A stretch of DNA of 64,000 nucleotides from Lama glama (lineage: Eukaryota). Position numbers and translations under genes: made by a program. The notes under the pieces were generated by a model, which saw only the letters and a program-made list of their open reading frames with translations, searched no databases and was not told where the DNA came from. The stretch's first letter is position 1; the number at the start of each line of letters is the position of its first letter. Location of the stretch: positions 61,692,001 to 61,756,000 of the forward strand of contig CM052817.1 of NCBI GenBank assembly GCA_028534125.1, in the 5' to 3' direction. This document shows, piece after piece, positions 54,330 through 64,000 of the stretch.

Positions 54330-55020
54330 CCTCTCTTCTCAGTTTGTTTTCACCCGCACCTATACTTTCAATTATCAGGATTCCATTCCCCGCATCCATT
54401 ATCTCAGATCCTCAGTATTTCTCAGCTATACTCTAAAATAGTGTCCTAACATCTGTCTTCCCTTCCCCTTTCCAAGCTGTCTACCACTGCATCAGCAGAA
54501 GGGACATCTGATCCTACCACTCTCTCTCCCATGACCCCTAATGCCTATGGGATTATGTCCTGCAGCGTATAGGGCCCTTCAACTTGGTCAAATTCTGACC
54601 TGCCATTCTATCCTTGTTACTTGTCACTACCCTTTCTGTACCTACACTTCTAGCCTGTGAATTTTCTCTGCTTCCTCAGTTCATGTGCTTGCTCATTCTT
54701 TCATGGTTCTGTTCCTTTGCACTTGATGTTTCCTCTTTCTTGGATGTCATTCCTACCTCCTCTTGTTTGCGTGGAAAATTTTTACTTACCCTTCATAATC
54801 CTATTTAAAAGAGATATTTCTTTCTCTGTGATACTTTACCTGGCAGAGTGAGGTACTGTTTTTCTGTCTTCCCATAATGCCTTGACTGCATCTCTAATTT
54901 GATTCTCAATATAAATGTTTTCATGGCTCTCTCACAGTGCTCTGTTAACAAAACCTTTATGGACAGACTGCCTTCTGTTTTCTGCTCTATCCCCAGCCCT
55001 CAACACATTAACTACTAGTG
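54330..55020 (+). mobile_element. L2 LINE fragment
   Basis: ttctttcatggttctgttcctttgcacttgatgtttcctctttcttggatgtcattcc; tgctctatccccagccctcaacaca. Confidence 0.7.
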
Positions 55021-56429
55021 ACTGAGTTGTCATGCATTGGAGGAATAAACTGATAACCTGCTGTGTTTTAGCACCATGCTGTTTATACTGGAAGAAAAAT
55101 TAAAAGGATATGATTTAGTTCCTGTTTTCAGTAAGGCTGTGATCTTACTTGGTGGACAAGAGTTAAACACATGAAATAATTAGGGAACACAAAGCATAAT
55201 ATGCAAGTGAATTATTTACATTTTAAAAGTTTAATATATACGCATACACAATACACATGGTGCTTTAGGGGAAGGGCAAAGATCAAGTTTAAATCATGAG
55301 ATAAGCTTCTTGGACTAGATAAAAGTTCTGAGCAATAGTGAGGGAGGTGAGGTTGAAATGTGGTCTGAGGCATGAGTAGAGTTGTGGTTATTGTATTGAT
55401 GAGTCCTTATCGTATGTATGTTTTGCTTAGCTTATTTTTTGTTAAATCTTAGATAGCTTATGTAGCTTTACTCTAAAGGCAAATGTTTAATATTTTTATT
55501 TTATAAAGGACCAAAAATCAAATAGAAATTAGAACAATGAATGAATGTTGAGGTGGATGCTGGGTTTGGGTTAGAAAGAGGTCCATCCATGTAAATCGGA
55601 CTCTGGACAGAATATGTCCTAAATGCAGATGCCCAAGTAGAAAATGGAATGACTGACAATTGGAACAATCTTAGGATGACAGTAAGGTGAGACTGCTCTT
55701 TGTCTGGGTTCTAAACAGTAGTTGGAGATAGTATTTACTGGGCTCACAGATGTTATAGCTAGAACGCTGTTCACCCTCACGGAGAAAATGAAACTCGGAG
55801 ATAAAGAACAAAAACAAGCCAAATTCATTCGTTTACAGGTGAACAGTGAGACATGGTTTAAATTGAGTTGGGCATGACTGACTGATGGAAGAGAAACCAT
55901 TTTTCTGGGGAGTCAAAAATGAGAAAACCAGTGGGAATGTGCAGAAGTTTCACAAATTGAGCAGGTAACTGAGTAAGGCTACAAAGGCTGAACTCTTTAG
56001 TGACAATATGTATGGATACATTTCTCACTTGCATATTAATTCCTTGAGTACATTGAAGAGAATGCTGCCTCCGTCTAGGACAGGTGAAGCAGAAAGAATT
56101 TAGGGAGCTCAAAGCCATGTTGTTCTGCTTGGGTCCTGGGGTCCCTACATGGTCGTCACTTCTGCACTTTTCACAGTCTTTTGATGTGCATTTTATAGAT
56201 GAGGTCCAGATTTTTCAGCTGTGGTAGTCTAGTGGGAGAAACAGGAAGAAGTACTTGTACTCCATCTTGGTCCAGAATCACTTAGAGTTTTAGAAGTTCT
56301 TATTGGGTCCTTGGAATTTAGTATTGGAATATGTTGAATTGACAGCTTTTCAAATGTCGGGAGGTAGTAGCTTCAAGATTCTGTGGATTCTTAGGCACCA
56401 GAAGACAAACAAACAAATAATAGCCACAC

Positions 56430-56590
56430 TTACCATGTAGTAAACCTCTTAAAAGTACATGATAATTTTCACAATACCCTATTTCTACCTCAACTCTATA
56501 TGGAAGGGAAACTGGGGCAAAGAGGTTTTAGGGCTTCTCCCCAGACTCCGGACAATCTGATTGCATAATCTAAACTTTTAATCACCGTGT
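56430..56590 (-). mobile_element. MIR fragment
   Basis: ttcacaataccct...tatatggaagggaaactggggcaaagaggttt. Confidence 0.55.
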
Positions 56591-59500
56591 CCCCTTTACC
56601 ATTTGACAATTTTTTTTTAGGACTCTGACATCCTAAATTGGGAATCACCAGCTTTCCGCAAAGGATTAAGGAAATTGCTGATGGAATCAGATACTTAAAG
56701 TGATAGACTGAACATTGCGTATGTGAGCCAAAAAGAATTACAACTACCAGTTTAAGTTTTTCCCATAGTTTTTCTCTTGTGCTCTAGAATAATTTTACAG
56801 ATTTTATAATTAGGGAGTAACCAACACTGTGAGTTAAAACCAGGGTAATAACTAAACTCTTCAACCTGAAAGTAATAGTTCTTGACAGTATGGTGGTCTG
56901 TGATGTTATTTGGTTGTTATGAAAACTTAAAAACTACAATTTGAAAGTGACCTCTGGGTGCCCGCTGTTCTTGCACATTTGGAAATTTTCCTAGACCAGT
57001 GTAGTGTGAGTTTCTCAACTTTGTCAAGTTTGTAAAATTCATAAACTTTGTTAAAGTCGGGTCCAAAGCAAACTAATAACTAACATTTGATACCAAGCCA
57101 TAGCTTTATCTTCTCTTAATTTCTTGATTCTTCAGTCAGGTAGAGGTGGCATATTACTAACGCAATTTGGTAATACATACACAGCAACAAATCCCATTTG
57201 TTCTTTTCCAGTTCTTAGGGTTAGTGGTTATATTTTCTGATTTTTATAATTTGATGTAACTCTTTCCAGATACTACCTAGGAAAATGTCTTGTTTTTGAT
57301 TTGACACATTTTAAAGCCAAAACCTTTTTAGGATACTTTTGCCGTGTTTGAAGGAATCCAATAGTCATGAAAGTACCTGGCGAATTTCAACAGCATTCTG
57401 GCTAGTCAGTGTGGTCAGTGCTTTAACTTGAATTATTTGTTTTGAATCAGATACTATTACAAATTAATCTAATACAGCCCCCCCCTTTTTTTTTGTCTAG
57501 GAACTAAGCCAACAATACTAATGCATTTGGGGGTTATGATGATGATGTAAAAATCAAAACATGTATGAAATAACAAAGCAAGAATTGTTCAAGATACATA
57601 CTCTGAGTCTGGTTAATTTTTCCATCTGACTTCTTATAAATTCAGGCTTCTGCAATATTGTGTATGATAATTTCAACATGTCGTAGTTCCTGGTGATAAA
57701 AATTTCTGTAATATTGCCAGAGCTTTAAGCTCTTAAAGTTTTTTTTTCTTTCTCACAGTTGTTGAATATGTGAAGAAATAGTGTTTACTGAGTTGTACAA
57801 TACATACAGGCTGACTTCATATGAGGCTACTGGATTGCTAGTCAACTTAGATCATTACTCATTTCAGCATTTCTTTATCATATCATTAGCTGTGCACTAA
57901 AGCCACTGGTGTTCCTCTTTGACGCTGAACTGAATGTGTTACCAAGCTCTGTTACTTCATCCTCTGTTAGCCTCCAGATTTCACTCCTAAAGTTGATTCT
58001 CACTTTCACAATCCTCTCCAAGGCTTTCATCCTCGAAGGACTGGATTTTGGCAGAGACTTTTAACTGATTGCTCTGCTTCTGTTTTTCCCAGCCCCTGCA
58101 GAAAAGTTGATCTGAGTTTTGAGGTACGTGGTAGTAGGTACAATATAAGGATGCAGTAAATGCTTATTGATTGATTAGAAATGAGTTCTCAGAGGTAGAA
58201 AGTCAGATACTTCATTTGAATGTTGAAACTCTAATGGTGAAACTATATTTAATTTAATTTAATTTTTTTGGTTTGGTGAATAATCCTTTGAAATTCAATT
58301 AGATTCTGTCTTTATGTACCTTCTACATTTTAGTTGTGAAATGTGCACCCTGGCTGTCCTATAGGCGATAAAAGAAAACAAAAGTGCTGATTAGTAACTT
58401 TGAGTAAACATTCAGTAGTTCAAAATAGTAATGTTAAAAGAAATATTTTCTTTAATATTTTCCATTTTTGTCTGTAAAATATATTTAGACATTTAAAAAA
58501 GTTAAAAATTATGGTGAAAGTTAGGTGGTGTGGGAAACATACACTAATAGAAGAAAGAAAAATCAGCATTTTGTAGGATTTTTTCACGTATCTGTGAGAT
58601 TGTTGACTTGGTAACAGTTCATTTAGGGGGAGCTTATTTTCAGTGGGTTGCTCTGTTTCCAAGAAGAAAAAAATGCTATTCTAATTCTAGTTTTTACGTT
58701 TTCATCTAAGTCTTTTAGTAAATTTAAACTGTCTGAAAAGTGTGCAGTGAAAGTTGTGTGAACAGTCCCTTGCTTCTATTGTTGTGTGTTTCAAACATCA
58801 CTCATCTGTTTCCAACAGGTGTTCTGCCAGCTGTGCCCAAAACGTTTCAGATGATTTAGAATTTGTTTCCACACTTACCTTGTATAGAGGCTATTTACTG
58901 TAAGAGGAGTTCTCTGATTACAGAGTTCTCTGGCACAGGTGAAGGACTAAAAGACAGAAAAGTGAGTCTAGTTTGAGGTCTACCTGCCTGTTGTTGCTTC
59001 AGCAGAAGGAAGAGGTGGGAGGACTAGGGTTGTGTTTTGTGTAGCACTGGTGCTGATAAATGGATTTTCCTCTTAGTCTTGTATGCTTTGGCATGTATAT
59101 TTATGTTGTGGCAAGAAGGAATTTAAATGGAGTCAGAATAATTTTATTTTCACAATTGCTTGAAGATACAATGAAAAGTTTGAATTCTTAGAGGTTTTAG
59201 AGCTATGTGGTCTATTAAGATGGAGGAAAAGATCTATATTATACTGCTTTGATGAAGAAGTGAAAAATACATAAGGTCTTTTCTGTCTGTAAAAATTATC
59301 TGATTAGTGATCATAAATGACTGGGAAATTAAGAAATTTTGTGAATATATCACACTATGGTCAAGATATTAAGCAAACTTTAGAACTTCTGAATATTTAT
59401 GCTTCGTGCTACTGAGGTTAAACTGTTCTTTCTTATTAAAGAAGTAAATAAACACATCTCAATGGCAGTAAATTAAATAAAGCCGTTTTCATGCTGATAA

Positions 59501-59982
59501 TAGAGTTTGCCCTCAGCTATAAATAATCGTTTTCAAAAACTGCAGTTTATATGTAACAGATACCATGTTTGAATGTCACCTTATAGCTGATATCAGATTT
59601 AACTGTTGCTGTCACTTTATTGCATACCATTACTGGACTGAATTCTAGTCTCAGAGCGCCACTCCAAATATAAGCAGGTGTTAAGAATTTTGCCTGAGAG
59701 TTGCAGGCATAGAAGAGAGTATGTCCATGCAGATAAAATGGTCTTATCTGTAATGAAGAGAGTATGTTTGCATTTTATGGACAAAATAAAACTGATTTGG
59801 AGCTAGGGAAATATCTAATACTTCCTCCATGTATTGTGTTATGTTGAGGAACTGCTGTGATCTGAGGCACTGTGATATTCTCAGTCAGCATACCTTCCAC
59901 TCCCGAATTTTGGCTTTTCCCTATTGCAAGAAAATTAAAACAGCCAGACTCTCCATTCCAAAGAATATCCCAGTTTATATAG

Positions 59983-60185
59983 TAGTCCAGTGTGGTGGTG
60001 AAAAGAGCTGGCCTTGGAGCCAGTCAGCTTGGATGTGAATTCTCGCTCTTCCATTTATGGCTTGTCTTCATCTCTAAATGAGGATAATACAGTACCTACC
60101 ACATAGGTTTGTTTGACAGTGAATGAATTAATATGTGTTCAGCGCGTAGGACAGTGCCCTGCACCAACCAAGTGTGGCCTAGTTG
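59983..60185 (+). mobile_element. MIR SINE
   Basis: gtggtgaaaagagctggccttggagccag...ggatgtgaattctcgctct...catctctaaatgaggataatacagtacctacc.cataggtttgtt. Confidence 0.85.
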
Positions 60186-60289
60186 TCTGCATTCAGATGC
60201 TTGATCCTCCCGTGCCTGATGACTGTAGGTTGAGAAATGCTGTTGTGGGAAAGTAGAACTTGGTATACCGTCGTTTGTCATGGTTTGCA

Positions 60290-60415
60290 TTTTTAAAGTT
60301 AAGGAAATTGAAATTGAATGCTGTTAAATGACTTGTTCAAGATTAAACAAATACTTAGTGGCAGATTTGGAGCTAGAGTTTAGCCCTTTTTCAGTGTCCG
60401 GCATCTGCCCTGTTT
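60290..60415 (-). mobile_element. MIR fragment
   Basis: aaggaaattgaa...gttaaatgacttgttcaagatt...agtggcagatttggagctag. Confidence 0.6.
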
Positions 60416-62173
60416 TTATCTCAAGAGCATTCAAATAATTCTAATAATTATCTTACACATTTGATGTTCACAGTTTCTCTTTTCTTTAATTTGGAATTTC
60501 ACTGAAATAGTTTAAATGCTGCAAATATGTAGAGTATAAACTAATATTTATATATTTCTAAAATCACTTTAAAAATTCTCACTTGGAAAGTGGTTTTCAT
60601 GTATTGTTACACAAGAATACTAAAATAAGGAAACAAGACTCCTCTTCTGCATCTCCGCCCCCATCTGCCAGGGTCTGAAACTACTCAACATTCTGTGCCA
60701 TAGCAAGTGATCGTAGTTTTTAAAATAAAAAGTAATCTGTTTAATAATACATTATTGATTTGCAGTTCTCTGGAGACCAGGATTCAATTCATCGCACTTC
60801 CTATGTAGAAATGTGTCATAGCCAAAGAGACATTGTTTTATTTGTTTGGACGAGCTTGTATAGTTTTCTTCAACAGCCTAATGATTTATATTGTAATTTT
60901 TGCAAAGCTTTGTGATTCACAAGAGGGTATCAGACAGTTAAATGGTGATGTTTGTACTTTTTGGGTAGTTCCATGGTAAGTGAAGCTTCCTGAAGGCAGA
61001 ACTATAAATAGGCCCTAATTACCTGCCCTCAGTGATTTTTTTTTTTTTGTAGTGAACTTTTTGCCTAATTGTAGAGCTCCATAATGTTTAGGGTGCAACC
61101 TGTATACCTGCATTGACTGGGGAGATTGAATGGCTTGGCTGTCTGGGACATATAATAGATTACAGCCTTTTTCCGTGACATCATTATTATAATAGACTTC
61201 TTTGAGAATATGAACAGCAGCTGTGCACATTTGTGAGTTTTACATTATGAACCATAACAACCTTTTCAGCTCTATACAAGTGATAGGGCAGCTTGATGCT
61301 TAACAAATGAGGCCAAACTCTGAGCTGTGAAACTGTTAACAGATCTAGTAATGACACGGGCCCCATGTGTGGAACATTTCATGACAACTGGGGAAAACGG
61401 GCGACCGTCATTTAGCACGTTGGCTAAAGGTTTTCTTTACCTCTTATTCAGTGTGACTGCACAGAATCAATTAGAATTGAAGTTTGTGTCCATAGATGTA
61501 GCATATCTTCAGTTGAATTTTATTTTGAAACTTCCAAATTTTCCAGCTTGTGAGTGTTCCATTTTCCAGCCTTTAAATAGAAAAAAACAAGAATTCCTGG
61601 TCCTTGAAGATCAAAAAAGATAAAATACTTTCTTTTACTATAAAGGTAGGAATCTAAGTTAATATGATGTGGGAAAAATATCTTGATTAAACAAATACAT
61701 ATTATTTATGAGTAGGAAAATAAATATATTTCTAATCTGTATAATACTGAAGCAAAAAAAAAAAATCATTTTAGTAGAGAAGCTTATAACTGTTATAGGC
61801 CTCCCTAAAAAGTTCTTTGTATATTGTGCCTTATCAGACTTTTTCTTTTTGAATAATTTATTACTGTGATTTGCAGTGACAAACAGTATGCTGTCAATGT
61901 GTCTTTTTTGTAGTTAAAAAAAAATTAACAAGGTAATAACTTGGAAATTATCTTTTTCTGGGATCTGTAAAATTCTGTGTTGTATTTTAATCAAGAGAGA
62001 TAAAAATTCCTGAGATGGGAACATTTTTAGAAGATTATCTTTTATAATTCCCTGTTTAGTTTAAATCTAGACTCTTAGAATAACAATGACCTCCGATTTA
62101 CATTCACACCAACAGTGTAGGATGGTTCCTTTTTCTCTACACCCTCTCCAGCATTTATTATTTGTTGACTTTT

Positions 62174-62273
62174 AATTAATTAATTAATTTTTATTTATTT
62201 CTATTGAAGTACAGTCAGTTGCAATGTGTCAGTTCCTGATGTACAGCACAATGTCCCAGTCATGCATATACAT
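62174..62273 (-). mobile_element. Nested 100-bp L1 3' tip with its own TSD
   Basis: T-rich tail then tattgaagtacagtcagttgcaatgtgtcagttcctgatgtacagcac; TSD ttatttgt(t/a)gactttt at 62158-62173 and 62274-62289. Confidence 0.88.
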
Positions 62274-62384
62274 TTATTTGTAGACTTTTTAATTATGGCC
62301 ATTCTGACTGGTATGAGGTGTTACCTCATTGTAGTTTTTGATTTGCATTTCCCTAATGATTGTAATATTGAACATCTTTTCATG

Positions 62385-62413
62385 TATGTGTGTGTATATA
62401 TATATATATATAT

Positions 62414-62445
<32 letters not shown>
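62385..62445. repeat. Compound (TG)/(TA)n/(CA) microsatellite
   Basis: tatgtgtgtgtatatatatatatatatacacacatatatata... Confidence 0.95.
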
Positions 62446-62448
<3 letters not shown>

Positions 62449-62498
62449 GATGAATAAAATTGGTGCAGCCACTATGGAGAACAGTAGGGAGGTTCCTT

Positions 62499-62762
62499 AA
62501 AAAATTGAAAATAGACTTACATATGATCCAGCAGTCCCACTCCTGGGCATGTATCTGGAGAAAACTCTAATTCAAAAAGATACATGCACCCCGGTATTTA
62601 TAGCAGCACTATTTACAACAGCACTATTTACAACAGCCAAAAAATTGAAAATAGACTTACATATGATCCAGCAGTCCCACTCCTGGGCATGTATCTGGAG
62701 AAAACTCTAATTCAAAAAGATACATGCACCCCGGTATTTATAGCAGCACTATTTACAACAGC
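62499..62762 (+). repeat. Perfect 124-bp direct duplication (period 140 bp) inside the L1
   Basis: 62499-62622 identical to 62639-62762 on base-by-base reading. Confidence 0.95.
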
Positions 62763-63041
62763 CAATACAACACTATTTACAACAATAGTAACAATGTCCA
62801 TCAACAGATGACTGTAGTTGTCTTATATCCACCTAGCATGGAATACTACTCAGCCATGAAAAACAAATAATGCCATTTGCTGGAACATGAGTGGACCTGG
62901 AGATCATCTTATTTAGTGAAGCAAGTTACACAAAGACAAATATCATATGATATCAGTTATATGTGGAATCTAAAAACAATCACATTAATGAACTTATTTA
63001 TAAACCAGAAATAGACTCACAGACATAGAAAACAAATTATG

Positions 63042-63341
63042 GGTAAATCTATTTTCAGTTGTTTAAGGAACCTTTATATTGTTTTGCATAATGGCTGCAC
63101 CAAACTACATTTCCACCAACAGTGGGAATTTTAAAAATAGTATAGTCAATCATGAATAGTACACAGTAATAAAAGAACAAACTATTAATATATGCAGTGA
63201 TTAGATGGATTCCAGATGATTATGTTGATAAAGAAAAATCCAATCTCAAAACTTACATGCTTTTATGATTAAATTTATGTAGCATTTTTGAAATGACAAA
63301 ATAATAAATGTTGAGAATAGGAAAAATAAAAATAAAAAACC
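63042..63341 (+). mobile_element. Nested polyadenylated retro-insert (antisense L1 ORF2 piece plus sense old L1MC-like piece)
   Basis: TSD aacaaa(t/c)tatg at 63031-63041 and 63342-63352; AATAAA at 63303-63308; A-rich tail at 63322-63339; host L1 3'UTR resumes after the insert. Confidence 0.75.
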
Positions 63342-64000
63342 AACAAACTATGATTACCAAAGGAGGAAGGGAGAGATAAATTTGGAGTTTGGGATTAATA
63401 TACACACACTACCATATATAAAATAGATAAACAACAAAGATCTAGTATATAGCACAGAGAACTATACTCAATATCTTATAATAAGCTATAATAGAAAAAA
63501 ATCTGAAAAAGAATATATATATACACATATAATTGAATCACTTACTGTACACCAGAAACTAACACAACATCATAAATCAATTATACTTCAATTTTAAAAA
63601 ATTAAAAAATAGAATTTTTAAAAGAATAACAATAATTTCATAAATAGCCATGTACAGTTTTTGCTAAAAAAAAAGTGAATACTGTCATGGAATATTGGTG
63701 AGTATATTTGAGTTATCTTTTAGGAATCTTTCGGCAACAAATGCTAATTTTTTAGCTTGTTCTCATCACTACTTTTTTTGAGTGAGGATTAGTTGTTTCT
63801 TGTTTTGCATTGAAAATGAGAGGAAAATTGTGGCTTTTAAAAGTGTCAAATCTTTGTCAGGGAATAGTAATTCTAAACTTTCATCAGTTCTGCCATTATG
63901 TTCATATATCACTTAGTTTGATGTGTGGGTTCATTTTTATGAGTGAGGCATTTAATACATTGAGGAAACAATTGCTCTGGGGAAAGCTATTATATGGCTT

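Larger units (their letters stand above)
62088..63622 (+). mobile_element. Composite 5'-inverted cetartiodactyl L1 (L1_Art-like) with nested insertions and an internal duplication
   Basis: Exact 11-bp TSD AGAATAACAAT at 62077-62087 and 63623-63633; antisense ORF2 segment ~62090-62385; sense ORF2 end and 3'UTR from ~62458 to an A-rich tail. Confidence 0.92.

Noticed and set aside
55940..56285. Possible old ERVL LTR (LTR33-like) fragment
   Set aside because: Only a short motif (tactccatcttgg) resembles the remembered consensus; not enough to call
58093..58123. 31-nt micro-exon-like segment (ttttcccag | ... gag|gtacgt)
   Set aside because: The donor lies in L2 3'-end-like sequence, the length is not a multiple of 3, and there is no other support
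58819..58854. Peptide VFCQLCPKRFR resembling the start of a C2H2 zinc finger
   Set aside because: Stop codon follows immediately, with no His pair and no neighbouring fingers; chance match
59983..60415. Oppositely oriented MIR pair as a possible dsRNA hairpin
   Set aside because: The copies are too diverged to show extended complementarity by eye
62499..62790. Repeated 14-mers resembling a CRISPR-like or programmed array
   Set aside because: Irregular spacing, all derived from L1 ORF2 sequence, eukaryotic context, no unique spacers
1..64000. tRNA, snRNA, snoRNA, miRNA, numt, processed pseudogene or endogenous viral gene
   Set aside because: No recognisable match by eye; an Infernal/Rfam scan and a BLASTX search would be needed to exclude weak hits

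Overview
AT-rich, CpG-depleted mammalian genomic DNA with no recognisable intact protein-coding gene, RNA gene, CRISPR array or prokaryotic feature. It is a mosaic of decayed interspersed repeats (L1, L2, MIR, MaLR/MLT1 LTRs, a near full-length Tigger1, Tigger-family MITEs, MER5A) plus two 500-N scaffold gaps. Cetartiodactyl-type L1 3' ends, with no ruminant, pig or whale SINEs seen, suggest a camelid; this is inference. The + strand looks T/G-rich by eye and carries a few splice-site-bounded candidate exons (best at 53631-53732), consistent with a large intron or 5'-UTR region of an unidentified + strand gene. Every listed ORF I could interpret is a repeat remnant, a gap artefact or a chance ORF. 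I found no convincing new biological system. The most unusual structure is the composite L1 at 62088-63622: a twin-primed 5'-inverted insertion containing a nested L1 tip, a perfect 124-bp tandem duplication, and a TSD-flanked polyadenylated insert carrying a much older L1 fragment (probable orphan transduction). Repeat subfamily names come from remembered consensus sequences, not a database search. Boundaries of old repeats are approximate.
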